Assembly (NCBI GenBank): GCA_040767085.1
Contig: JAXGPF010000005.1
Span: forward strand, 160,001 to 224,000
DNA length: 64,000 nucleotides
Direction of reading: 5' to 3'
Source: Kiritimatiellia bacterium
Lineage (GTDB): Bacteria; Verrucomicrobiota; Kiritimatiellia; JAAZAB01
Shown here piece by piece: positions 8,624 to 17,813 of the stretch. The translations under genes were made by a program, and so were the position numbers. Under the pieces are notes generated by a model. The model was not told the origin of the DNA. It saw nothing but the letters and a program-made list of their open reading frames with translations, and searched no databases. Position 1 is the stretch's first letter. The number at the start of each line of letters is the position of its first letter.

Positions 8624-10645
8624 TCACTCCACCCACACCGCCTCGTATTCGCGCAGCGGCGGCAGTTTAATCACACCGCCGCGGCCGATGCTCAACGCGC
8701 GGCCGGCGGTCAGAGAGCGCGCCCGCCGCGCGCCGCCGCGCACCCGCAATTCCAGTCCGTGGATTTCAGCCACCTGGCTGATGGGGCGGGTCATGCCGCC
8801 ATTGTAATTCACCAGGTGGATCAGGCGCCCGGACCGGCCGGCACAGCGCCGGATGGTGATCTCGATGGCGCCATTGCCCCCGCTCAATGCCACCGGCGGC
8901 CGGGCATGACCGGCCAGAATCCGGCCGATCAGCCGGTCGTAATGGGTAATCCCGAATTTTTTGTAGAACTCGAAAAACATCCCGGCGATGAACACCGCCT
9001 GGCCGCGTCCGAACCGGCGCGCCATGATAAAGGGATATTCCGGCGCTTCCGGCCGGCCGGAATACCGCCCGGCCAGCGGCGGGCACAACCGCCCGCGGAC
9101 GCAGCCCGGGGCGGCGGCCACGTCCAGCGCCAGCGTCGGCGCCGGCAGCAAGTCCACGCCTTCCGCGGCAAAAATATCCAGCGGCCGGGACAGGGCGAAG
9201 TAGTCGTGCGTCTGATAGCGGCGGTACCCCCGGCAGCGCGCGCCGAACAGATCGCGCAGCAGGAAATCCCGGCGCTTTTTGCCCTGCGCGTCAAACAGCG
9301 AAGTTTCGCCGTCCGCCAGCAGCAGGCCGCCCGCGCGCACGAACTCGCGTAAACGCCGGCCGGTATGCTCGGACATGCAGGCGATGTTGGGCAGCACCAG
9401 CGCCCGGTAGCGCGCCAGCCGGTCAACATTCAATTCCGTCGCGAGGTCGAAGGGGATGCCGGCACGGAACAGGGCGCCGGCGGCGCCGTTGAGTCCGGCC
9501 ATGTAATCGCCGGCCGCGCCGGCGCACTGCTTGCCGGAACTGTCATACAGGTCGGACGCCTCGCCGGAAGACGTGTAATGGGCGGCCGTATCAAACGAGT
9601 GAAACAGCGCCGTTTCCGCGGCGCTTTCGGTGTCGGCATAGCAGGCGGCATGCCGGCGGTCGAATTGCACCATTTCCTGCGCGGCCGCGCCAGTGCGCGA
9701 CCGCAGCCGGCTGGTGGCGCAATGGATGCCGTACCAGACACTGGCGCCGCTGGCGAGGGTTGAGGCGTAACACAGCCGGGTTTCCGCCGGGGTATGCAGG
9801 TACCATGACCAGGGCTTGTGGTCGCCGGCCATGAAAATTACCCGGGGCTTGTCGCCAGCCACCGCCTCCACCGCCCGCGCCTGCAGGCCGCAGCGCCAGA
9901 TATCGGTGTGAGCCGGCGGACCGTAAAACTGGAACCCGCCTTCCGTGCCCACGATATCGTTGCAGGCCAGCAGCGCGCGCATATCGTCCGCGCCGCCGCC
10001 GCCGTGCAGCAAGCCCATGTTGTTATACGCCAGCCAGGCCGGGTTGACCTGTTTCACGCGCGCGTAAGCCTTGCGCAGGAATTCCAGGCGGGCGGCGCGG
10101 GCGAAGCCGGCCAGGACGGCTGGCGCGGCCTTGCGCATGGCCAGGCCGTGCCGCGCCCGGAACAGTTTCTGGCAGCGGGGGCAGAAGCAGGGGATGGACA
10201 CCGGCCCGTCGAAAAACACCCCGGCGATTTCAAACGGCGCCAGGCTGTCAATGACGTCCATGAAATATTCCACCCAACTGGAATTCAGGCAGCAGCTGTA
10301 ATAGGTGCCGTACAGTTTCGTGTATGCGCCGGTCCGATCCACCAGCGCCCATTCCGCGGCGCGCCGGTTCTGGGAGGCCAGCAGAATGTGGCAATTCAGG
10401 TAGAGAATGGTTTTGATCCCGCGCCGGCGCGATTCCGCCAGGTATTTTTTCAGCTTCGCGCCATGGCGCGCCGCATCGAACACGGCCGAATACAACTCCG
10501 CGTGCGTATGAAAAAGCTGTTCGGTATCAAACCCGAACTCCTGCCACAAACCGGGCACCTTCATGGTCCGCGCGGGGCCGCCTTCAAAATCGCATTGCAG
10601 GGCGGCGGTCCGCATATGTTTGTTGATGGGATGGCCTGGTTTCAT
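8624..10645 (-). CDS. Glycoside hydrolase-like protein (TIM barrel plus GH42-type trimerisation domain)
   Basis: GVFFDG followed by CFCPRC (Zn-cluster-like); C-terminal LARYRALVLPN...LREFVRAGGLLLADGETSLFD. The start could be ~30 nt downstream. Confidence 0.7.
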   Translation of the reverse strand: MKPGHPINKHMRTAALQCDFEGGPARTMKVPGLWQEFGFDTEQLFHTHAELYSAVFDAARHGAKLKKYLAESRRRGIKTILYLNCHILLASQNRRAAEWALVDRTGAYTKLYGTYYSCCLNSSWVEYFMDVIDSLAPFEIAGVFFDGPVSIPCFCPRCQKLFRARHGLAMRKAAPAVLAGFARAARLEFLRKAYARVKQVNPAWLAYNNMGLLHGGGGADDMRALLACNDIVGTEGGFQFYGPPAHTDIWRCGLQARAVEAVAGDKPRVIFMAGDHKPWSWYLHTPAETRLCYASTLASGASVWYGIHCATSRLRSRTGAAAQEMVQFDRRHAACYADTESAAETALFHSFDTAAHYTSSGEASDLYDSSGKQCAGAAGDYMAGLNGAAGALFRAGIPFDLATELNVDRLARYRALVLPNIACMSEHTGRRLREFVRAGGLLLADGETSLFDAQGKKRRDFLLRDLFGARCRGYRRYQTHDYFALSRPLDIFAAEGVDLLPAPTLALDVAAAPGCVRGRLCPPLAGRYSGRPEAPEYPFIMARRFGRGQAVFIAGMFFEFYKKFGITHYDRLIGRILAGHARPPVALSGGNGAIEITIRRCAGRSGRLIHLVNYNGGMTRPISQVAEIHGLELRVRGGARRARSLTAGRALSIGRGGVIKLPPLREYEAVWVE

Positions 10646-10764
10646 AAATTAACCTTCTCCGTCCTCAACTGAATGGGTTGGCAAATATCCGCTATCTCAA
10701 CGAAATCTAAGGTTTCCGACCGCAAAACTCCAGCATAAACAAGCCCGTTCTTTTTCCATGGTAT

Positions 10765-11009
10765 CACGACTGCGTCATTCTCGGCGGCTCGCTCCCGCTC
10801 CTTGCGCGCCGTTCCGGATCGGAGGCGGCCAAGGGACTGGCCGCCTTACCGATGTAATTGGATGGGTAGGGCGGTCAGTCCCTTGACCGCCTCGGCGCAT
10901 TTCTTGGACGAGATATCCCTGCGGGCTACGTCCGGCTTTGACGGACTTCGCTGAAGCTATGCAGGGCAAGCCGTACCGAGCCGTCTGTTCTGAGAATGAC
11001 GCAGCCGTG
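10765..11009. mobile_element. MITE-1 (245 bp), 18-bp terminal IRs, 10-bp target duplication
   Basis: IRL CACGACTGCGTCATTCTC (10765-10782) and IRR GAGAATGACGCAGCCGTG (10992-11009) match 17/18. DR TCCATGGTAT at 10755-10764 and 11010-11019. Confidence 0.85.
10822..10893. repeat. Inverted pair of GTAG-type REP-like hairpins inside MITE-1
   Basis: GAGGCGGCCAAGGGACTGGCCGCCTTACC (10822-10850) and GGTAGGGCGGTCAGTCCCTTGACCGCCTC (10865-10893) are 26/29 identical as inverted copies. Confidence 0.75.
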
Positions 11010-11020
11010 TCCATGGTATG

Positions 11021-11220
11021 GGGCGCATCTGCGATTCGTTGCAGGCAAGCAGGCGCCGGCAACGCGATTGGTTGCTTGCTCACAGTCTTTGGCCGCGCAG
11101 CGGCTTTGGAGTGCGCAGGGCTCGACTGCGCTTTTGATAGGCTTGCGTTGAAACCGTCAAATCCGGCGTAGCCGGACACATGCCAAATATGCGGCAAGTC
11201 AATGAATCGCAGATGCACCC
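11021..11220. mobile_element. MITE-2 (200 bp), ISKra4/ISLre2-like ends, 8-bp target duplication
   Basis: IRL GGGCGCATCTGCGATTCGTTG and IRR CAATGAATCGCAGATGCACCC match 19/21. DR ATGGTATG at 11013-11020 and 11221-11228. The IRR matches 39501-39522. Confidence 0.85.
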
Positions 11221-11247
11221 ATGGTATGCATCCGCAGCATAATTTCA

Positions 11248-12633
11248 TGTTCGTAACAAGTCAAGTGTCCGCTTTTTGTAACAAGTGATCTGTCCGATTT
11301 GTTATTGTGTGTTGTTGCTCCTGGGGTGAGGATTTTCCTCCCCCGCGGGGGAGGAAAAAGTTTATGCGACGTCCTCCAGCGACGCCGAAATGTTCAACGG
11401 TCCTTGGTAGCGGCCAACCACATGCGGGCCATAACGGATGGACACCGTGCCATCGAGGTGCTCGCAGACTTTAACCCGGCACTTGGCGAAGCTGAAACGC
11501 CATTTTGATGGTCCAATCTGCAAGCGGCGACTCCCGACAGCCACGGTATTGTCATTTTGAACCTCTCGCGCATGCTGCACACAGAAAATGCTGTCCAAAT
11601 CCTGCTCACCGCAAGGCACGAAACACGTTCCTGTTTCCCGCGCCTTCACCTTCATGTTGCGATTGAAGGAAGGCAGAAACTGTTGTTGAATATAGACGTT
11701 GGCCTCGGCCATCGTCCGGATTCCCGCCTGCCTTAATTCCTGCGGCAGGCGCCCTTGCCAGGTCTTAAACATCCGCTCTATTCGCCCACGTCCCTGGGGG
11801 CTATAGCTCGGAATATGTTCGATCCCCAACTGTTGCAACGCCCGTCCAATTTGCGTCAATTGACGCCGGTCCACCGCCCCGCCTTCTTTGGGCGTATAAA
11901 AGAAATGACTGCCACGATCCGTGTACAGACTGCAGAAAACCCCATGTTTAATAATGACTTCTTTCAACCCCTTCATCACCGTTAATGTCCCTTCCTGGGG
12001 CACAAGATAGGCCGTGTAGACTTCGCTGGTGGCATCGTCCATCACCAGGATCAGATCCTGCTTCTGGCCCGCCAGCAGGGGCAACCAGGCATGGGTGCTG
12101 CCATCCACCATCAACATCATCCCCGCCATTGGTCGCCGTTCCCGCTGCTGCCGATGCGGCCCTCGTTTCCGGGCCTTCGCCACCAACCCGGCCGTCTGCA
12201 AGGCGCTCTTGACCCACTGATAACTGAGCTCGATCCCATGCTCCGCCTGCAGCTTCTCGTGAAAATGCCTCACATTGAAATCCATGTATTCTTCTCGGTA
12301 CAACCTCAGCACCTGCTTCACCGTCGCAAGGGGCACGCGCCGCGGCCCCGGTATCTTCCGCCGACGATCCAGCAGCCCGTCGTAACCATACCGCTCGTAG
12401 CGCCCTTTCCAGCGCCGCATGGTCCGGTAGCTCACACCTAGTATCTCCGCCGCCTCCCACCACATTAACCGCCCTTCAATCGCACGCAAGATCACTTCCT
12501 GTACCTTCATTGCCCGCTCCAGTGCTGCCTTCGGATATTCATCCATATAACCCCCCTTTGAATGCACCATCCTGACAGCTTTAAGCGGACAAATCATTTG
12601 TTAATTATGCGGCCAAGTCATTTGTTTACGACA
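11248..12633 (-). mobile_element. Complete IS (1386 bp), IS1202/IS481-related (ISNCY), 15-bp target duplication
   Basis: Ends TGT...ACA, each with two ~19-bp subrepeats resembling TAACAAnTGAnnTGTCCGC. DR CGCAGCATAATTTCA at 11233-11247 and 12634-12648. Confidence 0.9.
11362..12546 (-). CDS. DDE (rve-type) transposase with N-terminal HTH
   Basis: EAAEILGVSYRTMRRW HTH; catalytic motifs VDGSTHAW, MDDAT, LYTDRGS and PQGRGRIER. Intact frame, 394 aa. Confidence 0.93.
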   Translation of the reverse strand: MDEYPKAALERAMKVQEVILRAIEGRLMWWEAAEILGVSYRTMRRWKGRYERYGYDGLLDRRRKIPGPRRVPLATVKQVLRLYREEYMDFNVRHFHEKLQAEHGIELSYQWVKSALQTAGLVAKARKRGPHRQQRERRPMAGMMLMVDGSTHAWLPLLAGQKQDLILVMDDATSEVYTAYLVPQEGTLTVMKGLKEVIIKHGVFCSLYTDRGSHFFYTPKEGGAVDRRQLTQIGRALQQLGIEHIPSYSPQGRGRIERMFKTWQGRLPQELRQAGIRTMAEANVYIQQQFLPSFNRNMKVKARETGTCFVPCGEQDLDSIFCVQHAREVQNDNTVAVGSRRLQIGPSKWRFSFAKCRVKVCEHLDGTVSIRYGPHVVGRYQGPLNISASLEDVA

Positions 12634-12729
12634 CGCAGCATAATTTCATTGCCAAACGCAAAAAAGTGGTATAATAAACACTTATGGCACTATCGAATAG
12701 GCCATCGGCAGGCAGGCAATATCCTGAAC

Positions 12730-13563
12730 ATGAAAACAAGGCTAAACCTGATGTTCGCGCTGGCGCTGGCGGCGGGCTGGCAACCCTGCTGCCCGGCGGC
12801 CTCCGAATTGCCAGACTTCGCCCATTACCAGGTCATTCTGGACCGCAAGCCTTTTGGTGAAATTGCGCCCCCGGAGGGCGGCGATCCGGGCGCCGCGGCC
12901 AGCGGCACGTTTTCCCAGGACCTGGAACTGCGCGCCATCATTGACGAAGGAGACACCATGCGCGTCGGCATGTTCGACAAGCGCGGCAACCGCAGTTTTT
13001 ACATCAAGCAGGGCGAAACCGTGGACCAGTTGGAACTGGTCAGCGTGGATTACGACGCCGAAGAAGCCGTGCTCCGTAAAATGGATGAGACCATAGTTTT
13101 CAAACTGCGGCCCAACCAGGAAGGCGAAGCGCCCGCGGCAGCCGCCCCCGCGCCGCCCCGGGCGCCAGCCGCCGATGCGCCGCCATTCGTGGCGCCGGCG
13201 CGCGGCGCCGCCGCGCGCCGGCCCTTCTTCGCCGAAATGAAACGGCGGCGCGAGGCGGCCGGCACCAACCTGCCGGCGCCGCGCGGGTTCGCGGAATTTT
13301 TCAAGCAAACCGCTCCGCCGGCCGGCGGGGGCACCAATCCGCCGGCGTCCTTCGGCCCATTCACGCCGGTGGCCGGCACCAATGCGGGATTTATTCCGTT
13401 TGGCGCGCAGCCGGCGCCGGCCGCGTCGGAGGCCCCGGTTTTTTCACCGTTCCAGCCCCTTCAGCCTGACGCGGCCGAGCTGGCGGCGGAAGACTTGCAA
13501 CTCCCCGAGGAAAACGCCGCCCAGCCATTGGAGGCTGTCCCTTTTCAATTCATTACGGAATAA
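12730..13563 (+). CDS. Exported hypothetical protein, GspC/PilP-like N-terminal domain plus Pro/Ala-rich tail
   Basis: Signal-like N-terminus; YQVILDRKPF...LELRAII...SFYIKQGE...LELVSVD. An extended -10 (TGGTATAAT) lies at 12667-12675. Confidence 0.55.
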   Translation: MKTRLNLMFALALAAGWQPCCPAASELPDFAHYQVILDRKPFGEIAPPEGGDPGAAASGTFSQDLELRAIIDEGDTMRVGMFDKRGNRSFYIKQGETVDQLELVSVDYDAEEAVLRKMDETIVFKLRPNQEGEAPAAAAPAPPRAPAADAPPFVAPARGAAARRPFFAEMKRRREAAGTNLPAPRGFAEFFKQTAPPAGGGTNPPASFGPFTPVAGTNAGFIPFGAQPAPAASEAPVFSPFQPLQPDAAELAAEDLQLPEENAAQPLEAVPFQFITE

Positions 13564-13581
13564 CGACCAGCTTCGCACACC

Positions 13582-14778
13582 ATGACAGCACAACCACCGC
13601 TTGACGGCATCTCGGTCATCCTGCCCTGCTTGAACGAAGAAGCTTCCATCGCCCAGGTCATCGCCAAGGCCCGCGCCGGCATCCAGCGCCTGGGTAAGCC
13701 CGGCGAAATCCTGGTGGTGGACAACGGCTCCAGCGATGACTCCGTGCGGATCGCCCGTGAAAACGGCGCGCGGGTTATCCACGAAAAAAACCGCGGCTAC
13801 GGCTCCGCCCTGCGCGCCGGTTTCCGCCAGGCCGCCCATGCCGTCATCGTGATGGGCGATGCCGACCTGACTTACGATTTCGAGCGGCTGGATATCCTCG
13901 TGCAGCCGATTCTCGACGGCCAGGCCGAACTGGTGATGGGCAACCGGATGCACCGCATCCGCCCCGGCGCCATGCCCGGCCTGCACCGCTACATCGGCAA
14001 CCCGCTGCTTTCGCTTTTCCTGCGCATCATGTTTCACAGCAACGCCGTGCATGACGCCCACTGCGGCATGCGCGCCATCACCAAGGCCGCTTACGAACGC
14101 CTGCATTGCGTCACCACCGGCATGGAATTCGCCAGCGAAATGGTCATCCGCGCCATCCGCTGCCAACTGCGCATCGCGGAACGCGACATCGAATACCATC
14201 CGCGCGTCGGCGAATCCAAACTGCGTTCCTTCAAGGACGGTTGGCGCCACTTGCGGTTTATGATCCTCCACAGCCCGACCATGCTGCTGTTGCTGCCCGG
14301 CGTCGTCTGCTGGCTGGCCGGCCTGGCCATATCGCTGCCGCTGGCCTTCGGCCCGATCATCCTGCAGCAGCGCGCCGTGGATATCCACTGCATGCTGCTG
14401 GGGGGTGTGCTGAACATCATCAGCATGCAGATCATTGCCGTGGGCATCCTGGCCAAGGCTTACGGGCATCTATCCGGCCTGCATTCCGACCAGTTGATTG
14501 CCTGGCTGTACCGCTGGTTCACTTTCGAACGCGCCTGCGTGATCGCCGCCGCCGTTTTCCTCGCCGGGCTCCTGATCGTGCTGCTGGTAATCGGCCAATG
14601 GGTGGCCAGCGGCTTCGGCGACCTCAACCAGCAGCGCCTGCTGTTCCTGGGCGTCATTTTCCTGGTGAATGGCGTGCAACTGGGCACCGCTTTCTACCTG
14701 CTGAGCATCATGGCGTTGCCGCGGCATCTCGACCAGATTCCACCCCAAGCCGCCGAAACCGGCATCCCGGACGCCTGA
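13582..14778 (+). CDS. GT2 glycosyltransferase (DPM1-like) with C-terminal membrane helices
   Basis: ILPCLNEE, VVDNGSSD, NRGYGSAL, MGDADLTYD, DAHCGMRA, GMEFASEM. Confidence 0.9.
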   Translation: MTAQPPLDGISVILPCLNEEASIAQVIAKARAGIQRLGKPGEILVVDNGSSDDSVRIARENGARVIHEKNRGYGSALRAGFRQAAHAVIVMGDADLTYDFERLDILVQPILDGQAELVMGNRMHRIRPGAMPGLHRYIGNPLLSLFLRIMFHSNAVHDAHCGMRAITKAAYERLHCVTTGMEFASEMVIRAIRCQLRIAERDIEYHPRVGESKLRSFKDGWRHLRFMILHSPTMLLLLPGVVCWLAGLAISLPLAFGPIILQQRAVDIHCMLLGGVLNIISMQIIAVGILAKAYGHLSGLHSDQLIAWLYRWFTFERACVIAAAVFLAGLLIVLLVIGQWVASGFGDLNQQRLLFLGVIFLVNGVQLGTAFYLLSIMALPRHLDQIPPQAAETGIPDA

Positions 14779-14841
14779 TCCCCGCGGGCAGCGTTCAGCC
14801 CGCCGGGCCGTCTTGACAAACCAATTACCATATTAAAAGTC

Positions 14842-16350
14842 ATGCCCTTAATGGCAGAGCCTCCCATGCAACCTGCTGATGCCGCGCCTGATTTGCCCGT
14901 CGTGGCCATCGTCGGCCGGCCGAATGTCGGCAAATCCGCCCTGTTCAACCGGCTGGCCGGCCGGCGGGTCGCCATTGTCCACCACTCCAGCGGCGTCACG
15001 CGCGACCGCCTGACGCATCCGGTGCGCCAGGCGGGGCGCGATTTCACCCTGGTTGACACCGGCGGGCTGGCGCCGCCCGAGGCCGCCGGCGATCACGCCG
15101 CCCGGACGCAGCACCGCGCCATTGCCGCTTCCATCCGCCGGCAGGCCGAAGCGGCGCTGCAAACCGCCCACCTGGCGATCATGGTGGCGGATTTGCAGGC
15201 GGGCGTCGTGCCGCTGGACGAGGAAGCCGCCGCGTTCCTGCGGCGGACAGGTTTGCCGGTGTTGCTGGCGGTCAATAAATCCGACTCGCCGGCGCATGAT
15301 CAGGCCGCCGGCGAATTTCACCGGCTGGGTTTTCCGGTTTTCCCGATCTCCGCCCTGCACAACCGCGGCATCGCTGAATTGATGCAAACGGCGGTCGAGG
15401 CGTTGCCGCCCGCCGCCCCGCCGCCCCGGCCGGAAAACCGCCTGAAGATCACCGTGGTCGGCCGGCCCAACGTGGGAAAGTCGTCCTTCATTAACGCGTT
15501 GCTGCGGGACGAGCGCCTGATCGTTTCCGACCTGCCGGGCACGACCCGCGACTGCGTGGATGTGCCTTTTGCGTTGACGCATGGCGGGGAGCGCCGGGAA
15601 TATCTCCTGACCGACACCGCCGGCATCCGCAAGGTCAGCCGCCTGCGCGAGGCGCCGGATCATATCGGACTGCGCCAGGCGGAGCGCCAGATACAACGGG
15701 CGGACGTCGTCATCCTCATGCTGGACGCCAGCCAGGGGCCCACAGCGCAAGACAAGACCATCGCCCAACTGATCATGGACAACGCCCGGGGCCTGGTCCT
15801 GGCCTTGAACAAGTGGGATTTACTCCCGCATGGCCGGCTGGAGGATGGCATCGCCGCCATCAAGTCGGAATTGCCCTTCCTGGCGTTCGCTCCGGCGTTT
15901 TGCGTTTCCGCGCGCACGGGCTTCAACCTGTCCAGGGTCCTGGCGGCGGCCGCCGCCGTGGCGGAGGAAACCGGGCGCAAAATCGCCACCGGCCCGTTGA
16001 ACCGGGTGATAACACGCGCGACGATGCAAGTGCAGCCGCCGATGATCAAGGGGCGCCGTCTGAAAATATTTTACGCCACCCAAACCGGGACGCAACCGCA
16101 GACCATCACGCTCTTTGTCAACACTCCCGCCCGGCTGACGGACGCGTACGAGGCATTCCTCCTCAAATCCCTGCGCCGGGAATTCGGGCTGGCAGGCGCG
16201 CCGGTGATTTTAAAACTTAAAACCTGCCACACCAATCCCCATCCGCACGACCAGGGGGCGGGCGGCAAAGCCGGGGGCGCAGGCGGGCGCTTGCAGAGTA
16301 AATTCCGGCATCCGGCAACCGAGCCCCGGGCGCCGGCCACGGGACGCTGA
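14842..16350 (+). CDS. der: Ribosome biogenesis GTPase Der
   Basis: Two G domains (GRPNVGKS twice, DTGG/DTAG, NKSD/NKWD) and a KH-like C-terminus (LKIFYATQ). Confidence 0.95.
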   Translation: MPLMAEPPMQPADAAPDLPVVAIVGRPNVGKSALFNRLAGRRVAIVHHSSGVTRDRLTHPVRQAGRDFTLVDTGGLAPPEAAGDHAARTQHRAIAASIRRQAEAALQTAHLAIMVADLQAGVVPLDEEAAAFLRRTGLPVLLAVNKSDSPAHDQAAGEFHRLGFPVFPISALHNRGIAELMQTAVEALPPAAPPPRPENRLKITVVGRPNVGKSSFINALLRDERLIVSDLPGTTRDCVDVPFALTHGGERREYLLTDTAGIRKVSRLREAPDHIGLRQAERQIQRADVVILMLDASQGPTAQDKTIAQLIMDNARGLVLALNKWDLLPHGRLEDGIAAIKSELPFLAFAPAFCVSARTGFNLSRVLAAAAAVAEETGRKIATGPLNRVITRATMQVQPPMIKGRRLKIFYATQTGTQPQTITLFVNTPARLTDAYEAFLLKSLRREFGLAGAPVILKLKTCHTNPHPHDQGAGGKAGGAGGRLQSKFRHPATEPRAPATGR

Positions 16351-16351
16351 A

Positions 16352-17656
16352 TCAATCCGCCGGCCAGAGCCGGGCGGCGCGGGCGGCCAATTGCGCGGGG
16401 TAGTCAGCTAGATTGGCCACACCCGCCGCGCCGCTGGCAAGCGCGGCCTGGGCCACGGCCAGCGAAACCTGGGCGAACAGCCGGCGGTCAAACGGCTTGG
16501 GCACTATGTAATCCGAGCCGAATTCCAAGTCCGGCGCATGGTAAATGCGCTTGACCGATTCCGGCACCGGCGCGCGCGCCAGTTCGGCCAGGGCGCGCGC
16601 GGCGGCCTTCTTCATTTCCATGTTGATCGCGCGCGCGCGGGAATCCAGCGCGCCGCGGAACAGGAATGGGAATCCGAGGACATTGTTGATCTGGTTGGGA
16701 TAATCGGAGCGGCCGGTGGCCATGACATATTTGCGCGAACCCATGGCGCCGGCAACTGTTTCCGGGGCGATTTCCGGATTGGGATTGGCCATGGCGAAGA
16801 TGGCGGGGAAATCAGCCATCGCCCGGACATCGTCCGGGCCGACACACCCGGCGACCGAAACGCCGATGAACACGTGAGCGCCGCGCATGGCTTCCGGCAG
16901 TTTCCGCAGCGTGCCCCCGGCCGCGGCGTGCCGGCGCTTCATTTCATTCAAATCGGTGCGGTCGGCGTGCAGCACGCCTTTGGAATCGCACATGGTGACC
17001 TGCCGCGCGCCGGCATCCTTCAGCATGTCGGCGATGCGGATGCCGGCGGCGCCGGCGCCGTTGATCACGATGCGCAGGTCGGCCATCTGACGGTCGGCCA
17101 GCCGGCAATAATTAAAAACACCGGCCAAGGTAATGACGGCGGTGCCCCACTGGTCGTCATGGAAGACGGGGATATCCAGCATCTCGTCCAGGCGCCGTTC
17201 GATTTCAAAACAGGCGGGCGCGGCAATATCCTCGAGATTGATGCCGCCGTACATGCCGGCCAGGCGCGCGGTGGTTTCAATCACCAGCTCCGGATCGGTC
17301 GGGCCGGCCGATTGGCCGCCCTTGCGGCAGAAATCCAGCGGCACGGGCCAGCCGTCCACGTCGCCGAACGCCTTGAATAGTACCGCCTTGCCCTCCATGA
17401 CCGGAATGCTGGCGGCGGCGCCCAGGTCGCCCAATCCGAGAATGGCGGTGCCATCGGACACCACCGCCACCAAGTTGCGCCGCGCGGTGATATCATGCGC
17501 GGCGGCGGGCCGTGCGGCGATTTCCTTGACCGCCTCGCCAACGCCGGGGGTGTATGCCAGACTGAGGTCTTCCGGTCCGTCAAGGGGTTTGGTCAGCAGC
17601 GTCCCGACCTTACCGCCCTGGTGATAATCCAAAATTTTTTCTCGACAGATGCTCAT
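16352..17656 (-). CDS. NAD(P)-dependent malic enzyme (short form, no PTA domain)
   Basis: DLSLAYTPGV, SDGTAILGLG, PVMEGKAVLFK, INLEDI, VFHDDQWGTA, GAGAAG, ATGRSDYPNQINN. Alternative start at 17665. Confidence 0.92.
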   Translation of the reverse strand: MSICREKILDYHQGGKVGTLLTKPLDGPEDLSLAYTPGVGEAVKEIAARPAAAHDITARRNLVAVVSDGTAILGLGDLGAAASIPVMEGKAVLFKAFGDVDGWPVPLDFCRKGGQSAGPTDPELVIETTARLAGMYGGINLEDIAAPACFEIERRLDEMLDIPVFHDDQWGTAVITLAGVFNYCRLADRQMADLRIVINGAGAAGIRIADMLKDAGARQVTMCDSKGVLHADRTDLNEMKRRHAAAGGTLRKLPEAMRGAHVFIGVSVAGCVGPDDVRAMADFPAIFAMANPNPEIAPETVAGAMGSRKYVMATGRSDYPNQINNVLGFPFLFRGALDSRARAINMEMKKAAARALAELARAPVPESVKRIYHAPDLEFGSDYIVPKPFDRRLFAQVSLAVAQAALASGAAGVANLADYPAQLAARAARLWPAD

Positions 17657-17721
17657 GGGGGCCATAGTATAGATGCGGTTTGTCAAAATGCAATGTAATT
17701 GCAAATTCACAAGCTGCACCC

Positions 17722-17796
17722 GCCCCCTTCGTCTATCGGCTAGGACATCAGGTTCTCATCCTGGAAAGAGGGGTTCGATTCCCCTAGGGGGTGCCA
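17722..17796 (+). tRNA. tRNA-Glu (anticodon CTC)
   Basis: Acceptor GCCCCCT/AGGGGGT, anticodon arm TCAGG-TTCTCAT-CCTGG, T-loop GGTTCGATTCC, encoded CCA. Confidence 0.95.
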
Positions 17797-17813
17797 TTTT
17801 GCCCGGGCCGGGA

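Noticed and set aside
10775-11248. 157-aa ORF across the MITEs
   Set aside because: It spans two independent non-coding elements and their junctions, so it is a chance frame.
11230-11260. Possible dif/XerCD site at the IS1202-type insertion (GCAGCATAA resembles a XerC arm)
   Set aside because: The reconstructed empty site has no XerD arm (TTATGTTAAAT-like), and the Xer-targeting subgroup makes short DRs rather than 15 bp.
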